From positions 1-39,529 of the forward strand of contig ML002351.1 of NCBI GenBank assembly GCA_003614675.1: DNA of 39,529 nucleotides, read 5' to 3'. Each line of letters opens with the position of its first letter. The stretch's first letter is position 1. Positions 26,778-38,660 of this stretch are shown piece after piece. Source of the stretch: Dimargaris cristalligena. Lineage: Eukaryota. The position numbers and the translations under genes are program-made. The notes beneath the pieces are model-generated. The model saw nothing but the letters and a program-made list of their open reading frames with translations, ran no database searches and was not told the origin of the DNA.

Positions 26778-27114
26778 CAGCCAAGGCCGCCCCCATCGGC
26801 AATCCATTACTGTGCCCAAATCCACTATTTTCCTTCTCTGCTTCCCATTGCGTCCTTCTGTTCCTGTACTCTCCTTGCATTTCCGTCTTGCGTGTTAGCA
26901 TTACCATTCTTTTAAAACTGACCCACTTTCACCTCCAGTTACCTCAATCTTGTCCTCGATTATTCCGAATTACCGTCTTCGCTTACTCTATTTCATTTGT
27001 TGCGACTCGCATCAGCCTCTCCCCTGCCACATCCCCTTCCCTCTCCTAATACACCCTACTCAAGTGGTTCCAGACCACGTCCCCCCACATACCCACTCAT
27101 TTTTATTATTCAAA

Positions 27115-28101
27115 ATGATGTCTCTACTCCGCAACCTTAGTGACAAGCAAAAGAAACCCTCGCGGGTATCCAGCGAGAAGGCCCTGCCCTCAGTGCCCCG
27201 TCGTATCCGCTTGGATGACATTCTGTGCGGCTGCACCACGGGTGTGGTATCCCTACCCAATTTCCGCCGCTTCCTCCACACCCGGGAACACAGTGTAGAG
27301 AATCTTAACTTCTACGAATGGTACATTATCTACTGCACCCGGTGGTCAATTCTTGAGGCGGAGCTGCAAAACATGGCCCCTGCATTGGACTATTATCCCT
27401 CCTCTCATCACATCCCCTACTTTTCGCTAACCGAACAGGAGATGGTTCCCTTTAACCCTCGCCCGGCTTCCGACAGTGAAAGCGAATCCTCTTCCACCAA
27501 GTCCCGCAAAAACGACTCCCACTCCTCCCTGGTCCACGATAGTTTTGACCTGGAGCGGACGCGGCCCACCAAGATTGGTATTACCGTGCAGGCACGGATT
27601 TACCTCGGTGAGCTGAGCAATAATCAGCTTTCCGTCAAACGCCCCCCCTTCCTCGTGGCTCTGGAGTCGGCTTTGACCCCGGATATCGACGAAGCCAGTG
27701 ACTCGGATATGGATAGTTTGGACGGTGCCGTCCCGACTAAAACGATGGCCCGGGACACGTCCGCGGTTAACAAGCCCAAGTCGCGCGCCACTAAATTGGC
27801 CACCAGTGTCAGTTCCGGCAAGTCCTACTCCGACACCCACTTGCCGACCGCCAAGTCCAAGACCCGCCAGCCTTTCCGACGGGAAATTGACCACTGCGTC
27901 AGCCGGTTCTTCTCCTCCTACTCGCCTGACGAGCTCAACATTCCCCAACAGATTCGCCAACAAGTGGTCCACGACGCCAAACTCACCACCCACCCCGCCG
28001 TCTTTGAGGTGGCTTTCCGGGAAATCTACAAGATGCTCGGCCGGTCGGTGCAAGACCACTTCCTCAAGTTCGCGGAACAGCAGTACTTGGGGGAGATTTA
28101 A
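27115..28101 (+). CDS. Soluble Rax1-related RGS-domain protein without transmembrane segments; about 328 aa
   Basis: First ATG in an AAAATG context at 27115 (the ORF track starts at a non-ATG codon). Motifs IRLDDILCG....VSLPNFRRFLHTREHSVENLNFYEWY and QPFRREIDHCVSRFFSSYSPDELNIPQQIR....TTHPAVFEVAFREIYKML parallel the 14797 protein. Confidence 0.85.
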   Translation: MMSLLRNLSDKQKKPSRVSSEKALPSVPRRIRLDDILCGCTTGVVSLPNFRRFLHTREHSVENLNFYEWYIIYCTRWSILEAELQNMAPALDYYPSSHHIPYFSLTEQEMVPFNPRPASDSESESSSTKSRKNDSHSSLVHDSFDLERTRPTKIGITVQARIYLGELSNNQLSVKRPPFLVALESALTPDIDEASDSDMDSLDGAVPTKTMARDTSAVNKPKSRATKLATSVSSGKSYSDTHLPTAKSKTRQPFRREIDHCVSRFFSSYSPDELNIPQQIRQQVVHDAKLTTHPAVFEVAFREIYKMLGRSVQDHFLKFAEQQYLGEI

Positions 28102-31100
28102 GGTGTCTCTTTACCGTCGTCCAGGTTTAATGTTCATTCCACACAGACTGCTCCCCCCCTCGCTTGCCTAAGGCTTTCTCCTGAAGCTTACCAATTGTTT
28201 ACGATATCGCGACTGCTTACTTGACGTTTTGTTACACACCACCACTTCCACATAGTCCAACCTTTTCCCCCTCTTCATCCCCCCTCGACCTCTCTAACAT
28301 CCTGTACTATCATACTCTACCTATTCGCCGACAACACTCTCATTGTTAATCTCGTTTATCCTTGACAATAATTTACATGACTATCTCACCCATTTCTTGT
28401 TCATGTTTTGTACCTTCTTCTCTCACTCCACATGTCTGATACGCACTTTGCCACCATCACCTAGTTTTTGTTCTACTTCTATCTATTAATTGTTTAGTTC
28501 TCATCCAATGCCCACTTAGTGGTCCTAGTACGGTATACATCCCCTAGGGCTCAGACGGAATAGAGTTCGACACCTTTACAATGTGACATAAGCTTCTTTT
28601 CGCTTCACCACCCTATACATATCTTCTGCACACCATTGTGGGGACCGCTGTCTGATGAATTACATGCAAGCAGAGGTGGGTTTCAACGCCCCTTACCCTT
28701 ATCTTGAATAAATATTACTGCATAAGGAATAACTTGTACATTGCTACGGTAAGATTGGGAACATGGCATTTGGAATAAATGATTTTATAGCAGTAAAGGC
28801 TCGAATAATAGAACGATGCCTGGCAAATGTCTGCTAAGGTAATCTTTGGTGTTCGCCTGAGTTGGTGTGCCATACTGGTTGTTAATCTACTGGTTACTAT
28901 TAATATTTACCAATGGCCGGGTTTGTACGGGAGGCAACCGGTCGTCGTGCCTGTCGTTGGGGACAAATAGTGTAGACGGGTCCATTTTTTAACCACATGC
29001 TACTGTATAGTAGACGGCATGGTCGCCATATCAATACTCCCAATTAGCCTTTCCCTATTGTTCCCTAAACTAATATATGTCCCCATAGGGGAATTGATGT
29101 CCCTATTTCACAGCAGTTGGCCCTTTGTGACGAACGGGATGTGAAAATTCAAGTGAGACTCCCTTCGTGGCAGATACCCCGGTTGAGTGAATTTCATGTG
29201 GCATGTTGGACTTTGATGTAGGGACTTGACTGTGTACTGTATATATCAAGGGATGGAGATTGGCGCTCCGTAAGACCTTGTCTTTACACTACTTCTATTT
29301 TGCGTCCGTCTGTACCAACAGTGAAAACCCTGTGCTGTCAAATTGTCCACTAGCCCGGACAGGCGTGTTAATAAATGAGGGTATAACCAGAGGCTGTTAC
29401 GGGGCTGTGCCTAGTTGGCATTAGTTGTATTTATTTTTAACTCATTACAAGCCCCAGTATTTGATTGGTGGTTACAATCCGCACCCCCTACTGGCGCACT
29501 AGGACTGTGTATGGGTTATGAATTTCAAATGATAGCTAGGGTCTTAGAAAGGCCCTTGCGTCCGTTTTGCTGGGCGAATAGAGTCCAGTCTATCCACTAG
29601 AATGGGACCTATCAGCCATGCCAAAGGTATAATAAACGAAACGTGTAATAGGGTCAGGTCACTAAGTGTTTTTATTGATTGGGTAGAAAGTCCAAATGAT
29701 CGGTGCACCAACCGGTTTTTCATCAGCTGGTCCAATGACATACCCAAAATATATAAATCCCAACCGGTGCAAGTCTTGCGAGACTGGAGGATGTATTGTT
29801 AACGAATAAACGAGGATTCCGATTTTACAATATAATGTTTATACAGGACTACTTACTTAGCTTTACCTGTTTAATTTTTGTGGTCGTATGATAGAACAAT
29901 TCGCCTGGCGAAGCGATAATCTCGGCGCCTTACGTGGATGGGCGACCAATTAAAATCCAATCGGAGTTTAGGGAGAAGCAGGAATACTATCCCCCTATCG
30001 AAATGGAAACACACTATTCGGTAATGGAAGCGGCGGACCTTCCGCTTAGTTTTAAATCCTATGGCGCGACAGTAGAGCATGGCTGAGCCCTCTGGTTGAG
30101 ATAGCACCGGTCAACCCACTCGAAGATTTGACCACCCCAGCCTTTTCCAAATGAACGCCGTCTATGGCTTTCCCGGCGTCAAGGTCGGTTGACTGACATA
30201 CCATGGGCCCAATCCGGATTGGTGCTGATCCGCGACGATGTTTCCTATCCATGGCGCTCGTCCAGAAAAAGGTCCGGAAGCCACTTTACGCCTTACTTAC
30301 GGCCAGGGTAATCAGTACCAGTTGATGGAGGGTAATTGTGGCACGGTAGGGGTTCAATGCTAGGAAAAAATTAACAAAGTAAATCAATGGGATTCATGTA
30401 CTGTACATGCTTGATTAGCAAGAGCGGGCCATTGTAGCCAACCGACCCTATTCCTGATTGGCTGGCCCTCGGTCGCATACTTCAATATACAGCGGGTAGC
30501 TCCTTGACAGTATTAGGAAAGCTGGGATATAGAGTGGGGGAGCGGGTCTATTGCCATATTTTCCAAATGACAAGCCCTTACCCACTGCCACGGCTTCCAG
30601 AAATGGTCACGTCGTCATAGTCCAGGGTATTGGGATCCACGTTCAGTGTGAACAGAATAGGATAGGGTAATCAGGAGGCAGGGGTTGGGTAGTGGGGAAA
30701 CTTCTCAAGATTTTCGGTTTCATAGTACAGCCTTATAAGGCTATAGTGCCATCTGTCAATTAAAATCCGATGATTATCTGTTACCCAGGTCCGCTTCCGC
30801 CGTATTGACCAGGTACGCAGGTATGCAAACTCAAAGACAGCAGCAATGGGGTTCTCCCTATGGTAAGGGTTGCGAATAAGTGCCCTGGCGTGGGTATAAT
30901 GGATGGTTCGGTAGCAGGTAGGGCGCATCATATCCCACATCCTTTAATCAATTGAAACTAATACACATGATCCAGTAAAAAAATCCCCGCATTTAGTTAG
31001 TGAAAGAACAGTGCCGATAGCCAGAACTCCGCCACAGAAGCAGGTTTAATAGTTTGTTCGTCACCTGACCTTATCTTTATTCTGAGATTATCAATACCTA

Positions 31101-33623
31101 AACTATAAATCAAAAGCCGCGTACGCGTACACCGACACCGCTATCACAGGGAAGGCCAAATGAATTCAAGCAATCCGGGTAATTGAAAGCCCGTTCGCAG
31201 GGCCAGACTCGGGCAACCGAAGCCATAATATTCTTCATCTCGATTAATTAACATTGAAAATAGTACATGATGCCACCAAACTACACATGCCAGATACATA
31301 TAAAGGGTCAATTTAAACTGGTATCCCAGGGAGTACGTGCGGTAGGGAAGTAGTTGGGATAGGTGTTTTTGAGTCTTTGGTTTTTACTGTTTCAGTTCAG
31401 GCTTGGAGATAAAGTTCCGTACTTACAATCCATATAGTATAATGCCGCGGATTAACAACGGCCTAAATTAAAAATGAAAACTACAGATTGCTGTGGCCAA
31501 CCATTTGTATGGCAATCAACAGTCATGCTTCACAATGATGCACTAATTAAACTCTCGCTGATTTCCATACCACCAGGTTGTTGACAGGGAAATGTAAGAG
31601 AGATAGTCTGATCAGGTATGCTTGATGCTATCATTGATTAATGCTGGTTTTGGTCATGGTTATATGTGGGGTTGGGAAATGAGAGACTGATAGCCATGGG
31701 TGTACTATAGCTAACTTAAGTTTTCACATAATGAAAGTTGAAGCTTAAAATACTAAAGTTGCATATAAGGTAATATATATACTATAGGGTCTATACATCT
31801 TCAGTAGTGAGAGACCACCTTCAACATTTGCGATGAAGAACCCAATTACAATAATATTCGTCGCCATGATTACTTTACAGCCATCCACCTAGGGCTTTAG
31901 CAGTAGTAAGACCCTTCAGCAAGTGGCGCACTTAGTCGATAGCAAATTGTCCTGGCAAATCCTTTGCGGTTCAACAGAGCCTACATTAAATGATAACTCT
32001 GGTTAATACAGTCAATATAATAATAAATCCAACATGAAGCCTGGTGGAGGCCATGTTCGGAGTATTTGGTAAACAGTCACATGGAAACCCTAGAGAGGCC
32101 CTGTCCTCCTATATGTTGGTATGTCGCACGTCTAGATGGTTACAGCTATTTAGGCATCATACTGATTACATTGCTAAGGACATATATTACTTATATCTGG
32201 CTATTAATAGGGTTTAGGGGTGAATCTATAAGCACAATCGGCTCTTTAGAATATTCAGGACTATCAAACAATTATCGGTTGGGCCCCAGTGTCTAATGTC
32301 TAAAGGTATGTCCCCCAAGTATTACATAGCAAGTCATAAACTCGGCTTCATTGTGCCAGTCTTTTAGTAGCGATAGCCGCAAATAATAGGTCGTATTATA
32401 TTAATCGTGGGGTTGTATAATCAGGTATTGTCTGTACTAACAATACTAAATAATCAGTAATTCATTCTGGTAAACAATGTCATGGGTGATTCATGTTCAC
32501 GCCTAACCTGTGGTTTCTGTGGCACTTGTCTGGTCGCAGTAGCATGCGATGTGGTTTGGACTGATTTCGGATATCCCAGTACAGGGGAACTAGGGGATCT
32601 CAGCGACCCAGCATGCGAAACAGAATGTAGGTCGACGTTCAGTCTTAACAGTGAATGGCTTTAGGGCAGTCTTCAAAAAAGTGGGAAGTGTACGTGTAAC
32701 GTTAGAGGGAACTTGCTATATTACTGTTCTGTGGTTATGGTTGACAAACGTTGCCATACTCGAACTGGGAGTTTAAACTACTGGTTTCAAGGGTACAGCG
32801 CATATGAGGCATCAGGTGCAAACGAAGCACCCATTGATTTAGCGGGGCGACTGCTTAGCCCATTACCATCCCGAAGATATAGGCTAGTCTATTCCAAATT
32901 CTAAAAACTGGCCAACGAAAATCACCTCCTAAGAAGCAGCTGGATGGTTAGGCTGACTGGGGTTCCTAGCATTGTGGATCGGTGGGTAGGGGTGTGACTG
33001 TAACAAACCACTGAATTGATCATCAATATGGTATTGTCTTGACCGTTATTATCGGACATGTGTTTACACAACCAAAGCGGGTATGCGAGTGTTTCAATTC
33101 CTATAGATTCGTTGGATAGTTATAGCTTTTTCATGGCTGATAATAGAATTTATTCTACAATTCTGCCTTGGTCCGACTGTATCGATTTGTATAAAGCCCC
33201 TCCCCAATTTACCCTACTGTCTGGTTGTAAGGGCTGTCACTTAGTCTAGTCGGTTATTATTACTGGTGTAATTCCATTTGGAGGAGTGCATAAGGATGGG
33301 TTGTGGTTGGCGAGGCAGGAAATGTCGACTATTTAGTAAGGCGGCTGCGGTACTAGAAGGGGGAATGTGGCTGCCAGTGTTCCATTAATGGGTAATTGTA
33401 CTACAGAGTAAAAACGCAGATTGCTTCGTCTGGCGGTATCCGTAGCACTTACGCCCCCTAATCAAATGACGATGTTTTACATTGCTAGGTGGCTACTGAC
33501 TTGGGATGTCAGATAGTTCATTTGGACAACTACTATGTCGAGTACCGTATCTACTACCAGCGAGGAATAGTAAAGTCCAACCAAGTATATCAACAGCGGT
33601 GTATCTCTTTTAGTGCCAGGTAC

Positions 33624-33945
33624 TGGCCCAGATCTCATTGATTCTACCCGAATTGTTTCGTGTGGCCCAGATCTCATTGATTCTACCCGAATTGTTTCGT
33701 GTGGCCCAGATCTCATTGATTCTACCCGAATTGTTTCGTGTGGCCCAGATCTCATTGATTCTACCCGAATTGTTTCGTGTGGCCCAGATCTCATTGATTC
33801 TACCCGAATTGTTTCGTGTGGCCCAGATCTCATTGATTCTACCCGAATTGTTTCGTGTGGCCCAGATCTCATTGATTCTACCCGAATTGTTTCGTGTGGC
33901 CCAGATCTCATTGATTCTACCCGAATTGTTTCGTATGGCCCAGAT
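33624..33945. repeat. 39-bp minisatellite, 8 copies plus a partial copy (TGGCCCAGATCTCATTGATTCTACCCGAATTGTTTCGTG)
   Basis: Units start at 33624, 33663, 33702, 33741, 33780, 33819, 33858 and 33897. They are identical except for a G>A at the end of the eighth. A partial unit starts at 33936. There are no spacers. Confidence 0.97.
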
Positions 33946-34356
33946 TGCCCATTGATCCGCTTAGCCACTCTTTCGGTCAGTCCTGCTTCTATAGTGCACA
34001 GCCCCCAAAATCCAGTCCCAGAATCCCCTGATTCTCAGGCAAAAGCACTAACCGCAGCAGGATTTCCGGGCCTTTCTCCCGGCTACTCTGCTTTTTCCCT
34101 CAGCCCGCTGCCAGCCTTTGCTCTGCCCCGCCCGGGATCTTTTCCCCACCCCTTCCCCAGTCCCCTGCCTCGTTTCCCCGTCTCGTGAGCACCTCGGCCT
34201 GTCCAGCCATATTTCTCCCCGCTTTAAGCTACTGTCTCCCTCCCTATCCTCCCGTCCCTTTCCACCTTTCCTCCCCATTCGCTACTACTCACTTCAGCTT
34301 TCCAGGGTTCCCTTTTCCTTTACAAGACCCTCCAAGTCACCACCTAGCCTGTCAGC

Positions 34357-36238
34357 ATGGAAGAAGCCCGCTCCCGTCCCGCTCATTTGTTGACCAGCCC
34401 CCGTCGCCGACATTCTGCCGAGGGCCGCAGTCCCCCGACACTGCAAACCCAGTTCCTATCCACCTCCCCGTCGTCCCCTTTCCCCAAGTTTAAGTATAGC
34501 CCCGTCAAGCCTTCCACGACAGTCACTGGGCCGGCCCATTCCCCTCTGCGTCGGGAAGCGTTCTCCAGCAACTCGGGCACCGATAGTGACAACCAGGGAA
34601 TATGCCCTGCCAGTCCGTTATTTTACGGCCGCCCCGCTAGACAGGTACGTATATATAACATTACCTATGCTACATATAAACACATATACGGGTATTCTAA
34701 CTTGCTATTATTTTGCAAGTACCGCTGTACCCTCGAGAAGTGACGGGTAAATAATGGACTGGACGAACCCCTCGCCCCTGCCACACTTGCGGATTTGCTA
34801 GTTGGGGAGGGCATAGACTCCCGATGTAGTGCATTGCGCCTTTGCCTGTCTAGGTTGGGCAGACTAAACCGGAAGGCTGTTGCCGTCAACCATCCCATGG
34901 CCAGTAGCGGCCACATGGTTTATCCGGGCCCGCTAGGGGATAGTATCCATTCATTTCCCTCTCCCATCGCCTGGCCACGGTGTATTCCATGTATTGCAAT
35001 TGCATTCCACGATACCCTTGTTCCTGGATGGAATTCCGGGATGTCTCGTTATTTATATATAACAGACAATCTTAATCCCTGGGCCCTTCCCCTACATCTA
35101 CACTTACCAGACCCAGCCGTTCTCTGTTTATTAGGCCGGGTCCGGTAATTTAGAAACCGGTGGAATACGAGGTGCAAGCGGTGGTTCCGGATACTGGATA
35201 ATGACAGTGAATATCCACATCTCGCCCTCGTCTTCGGATTGGCCAGATGCAAGGGCAAGGTCATCTGGCCAGGTGATAGCGTGGAGGGAGGAGATACTCA
35301 CTTTGGGTGGTCTAATAGGGCATGATTGTTACCATGGCTCCGTGACTGAATCCCTTGGTTCATCTCGACTTGCTCCCTGTAATTCACCACAGCCTTGTAT
35401 CGCTTTCCTTAGTTGATGGTCCCATATTAGCAATGGTCGTTATACAGGGCCATCTCCATCCCGCTCATACATATTATCCCTTGATAATCATGTACACCAG
35501 CCCCTCAGTGTAGTCAGCATTGTCATTGAAGGACTGACAATATAAATATGCCCACTTTACTGTTTCTCGTCTAATCTCACCTCACTGTGCCGTTTCCAGG
35601 GATACCATGCCCCCATTCTACTTCCCGATGAGGCCACCCGCCCCGACGACCCTTTGTATCTTGAACTAGTCAGCGAACATGACCAATCCTCCACGCTAAT
35701 CCCACTACGCTCCGATAATTTCATTTGGAATCACGAGTACTTTGTTTCTCCCTATTCACCCCATTACCGCCACTGGACCAACTTTCACCAGCACCACATC
35801 ACAGGACATCCTCCAAAGAAGGAACCGTCTTTTCGGCATGTCCCTCGTCGCCAGCCCCGTCGGTCGGACACGGGGACCGATTCCAGTTCGTCAGTGTCGT
35901 CCTCCCCATCGACCTCCGCCTCGTCGACTTCCCCAGTCAGCCGTGGCCGAACCGGAACCGTCCACCAACCCTTATCAATCGAGCGTGGTCAAGCGGCCTC
36001 GCCAACGCGGCAACCTAAGCGTAAGTTGGGGTCAGCCGAGAGTGAGTCGACGGGTCTTCCGAAAATACGGCAGGTCGATCGTGTCGTCAGACCCGGGGCC
36101 AACGGAACCCATCGTCACCATCACCACCACCATCCCTACCTAGCCCAATCCGACACAAACAATTTTCCGACTCAATACACGGTGCTTTGGACAGCCGGGA
36201 CTGAGGAGGTCAATGTCCACGAAATCCTCGTTGATTGA
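34357..36238 (+). CDS. Hypothetical Ser/Pro/Arg-rich protein; join(34357..34644,35600..36238), about 308 aa
   Basis: ATG 34357 has an upstream in-frame stop. Donor GTACGT at 34645 and branch-like CTAAT/CTCAC plus TTTCCAG acceptor at 35599 give a phase-0 in-frame join (..GRPARQ/GYHAPILLPDEATRPDDPLYLELV..) to the 35654 ORF. Confidence 0.7.
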
Positions 36239-36750
36239 AAGTCGGTGCAGAGCATTCTTCTTAGATGAAACGTATAGCCATATGTTTCGGTGGGAGAGGG
36301 CCCGGTGACTGTTTAGATAGTATATCCCATATAATTCTGTGGCGTGTGCTCTTCATTTTTTATTACCATCCGATACTGCTTTAGTATGACTTAACCAGGC
36401 TCTGAGCGCGGCCTATCGGGTTCCCCTATAATTCCGTCACTGTTTTCTGCCGCACTGTATCCTGAACTGTATTCTCTATCTGTATTTCATTAGCACTGTT
36501 TAACCATTGGCCTATTCTTCTTGAGCTATCTCACCACTAAGGTATTCAGTATCTAACATTTTTTTACTGAACCATCGTGAACTATTTCTACATATTAATA
36601 TATTATCATATTCTAAATATTTAATGAGACCAAGTACATGGCGGTGTCTGTTCACACGTAGTGGCCTATAGGCAACTTTAAAATAGAGGCAGAGGGCAAA
36701 CTTACCCAAGTGCGGCGAGTAATTAGGCCAGTGGACTACTGACCTGCGGA

Positions 36751-38660
36751 TTATAGCGAGGTACACCCATCTACTGTGAGAACCTGTCCAGTTACATAGT
36801 TGGCCGTGGCTAAGTACAAGGCTGTCTGGGCGATATCCTTGATGAAAGAGGGCGGATGTAAGCAATATAGTATGTCATGGATAGTGAGATTTAATGTCAA
36901 ATGTGAATCGAAACCATCTGTTAAAGCACTCAGGGACCCCATTTCAGTCCCAACAAACATTTTCCTAACCATGGACCTGCATAAAGCGTGTCACTGGCCC
37001 ACTTATAGCATAAATTTAATAATAATACCCTTTGACAGGTTTCGATTGATGGTGAATAGACTTACTTCGACGGTGCCGATTCGACCCAATGCCACGCGCT
37101 GCTTGTATAGGTCCCGATTGCGCTTTAGTAAATCTATAAGGGTGTGGTGGTGTATTAATATAAATAGGAAAATGCGCTAGCCAGTTGAACATCAAAATAC
37201 GAAATAGAGCTCGACTGGTTAAATAGTAATAACCAAGACGGGGTATAGCTTTATGGTTTGTGGCATTGAAGATGCGCATGAAAGATATTTACAGCTCCCT
37301 AGCCCTTAATTGTAGTCGACAATTACCTTGAGTCATGTCGGTTTCCACGAAGCCGGGGGCAATACAGTTAACCCGGACCTGTCGCGAACCCAGCTCCTTG
37401 GCTAGAGCCTTGGTAAACCCAATGACCCCCGCCTTAGAGGCCGCGTAGACTGACTGACCCAAGTTGCCTTCTAGACCCACAATGCTGGACATGTTGATGA
37501 TACAGCCTGTTTGAGGAATATATATATATATATATAGGTAACGGATAGGTAGGGGATTTTCTCCGGGGGAATATGTTGGGTTAATACAGCTGCCCATTAT
37601 ACAAGCAAATTATAATAGTTCAATGTCCCATATTGGTGTGTGCACGACAAGCCGGAAAGGCGTGGGTTTCCGCTAGAAAAAAACCCAAATTGCAAGCGAT
37701 ATGCGCATCTCAATGCCATTGAGACTAGGCATTGCAATAGTGCCGACAATTGCCGTAGGAGGAGAATGTCAGATATACGCATTGAAGCATAAGGTACCTT
37801 GTCGGCCCTGTAGTAAGGGCTTCAGTAAGTGCTGGGTTACACTAATGGTTCCCAGCAGATTGGTGTTGATGATGTTGTTGGTCAGTTCCTGAGGCATACG
37901 TAGAAGCAAGCCATCCCCGCTGATCCCTGTATGGTCGAATGATGAAGACAAGCATCGTTAGATTGATTCAATGTAGCCAGGTGTTGACCAAGTGGATCAA
38001 GCGCAAGGTCATGTTAGTAGAATGCCCTGAAATCCATCGAATGATGATATACTTACCGGCCGAATTAACCAGGATGTCGATTTTGGCATGATTTTTCCGA
38101 ATAGTCTATATGGGAACAATACGCGAAGTCGTACCCATTTGGTATTAGTACACTGAGCGGTGGCATTGCCGATGATTCAGGGCCAAAAATGTCTGGAGGA
38201 TCAACTTGGTCGAGTCATGCCTATACTGCCTCTAGAAAAGTATACTACAAGCGGTCCACAACCCAACTCCCTTAGATGAAAGATAACGAGTGCTTACCCG
38301 GCAGGCGTCGACTACTTGGTCGGAGTGGGCAATATCGCATCGCACCGCACTATGGCCTACTGTAGAAGAGGGACTGCCGCTATTTTCAATCGAAGCAAGT
38401 GGCAGGGGGGCCAACAGGGTCAGGGCCCGGTCAAGGTGGGATTGGTTCCGTCCCACGATGGTACAGCGGGCGCCCTGGGAGGCGAAGAGCTGGGCAATAG
38501 CCAATCCAATACCACGCGAGCCCCCCGTGATAACCGCCGTTTTTTGGGACAGTGCTGTCAGAAATAGGGAACGGAATGTGGGTGTGGGGTGGGATCGTAG
38601 AGCAGTATTGTTAAACGAGGTACGCAACTGGTTTAAACTGGCGGTACGTCGGGGTTGCAT
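36751..38660 (-). CDS. Short-chain dehydrogenase/reductase, 3-oxoacyl-[ACP] reductase (CBR4/OAR1/FabG-like), probably mitochondrial; complement(join(36751..36837,37066..37133,37327..37506,37798..37926,38057..38105,38298..38660))
   Basis: [12 protein letters not shown]ossmann motif, [29 protein letters not shown] (catalytic S, YxxxK), [45 protein letters not shown]. Five GT-AG introns with consistent phases (0,1,1,1,0). The Arg/Ser/Thr-rich, acid-free N-terminus resembles a mitochondrial presequence. The last few codons are uncertain. Confidence 0.9.

Noticed and set aside
26950..27114. N-terminal extension of the second RGS ORF
   Set aside because: It begins at TTG within a CT-rich leader. 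The first ATG in good context is at 27115.
33624..33945. CRISPR array
   Set aside because: Units are head-to-tail with no unique spacers, no cas genes are present, and the context is eukaryotic.
33477..34188. Repeat-peptide ORFs (GPDLIDSTRIVSC / SGPHETIRVESMR) as a RiPP or pheromone precursor
   Set aside because: The ORFs start at non-ATG codons and lack a signal peptide and KR/RR Kex2 sites between repeats. The near-absence of sequence variation gives no evidence of coding selection, and the open frames follow simply from a 39-bp unit.
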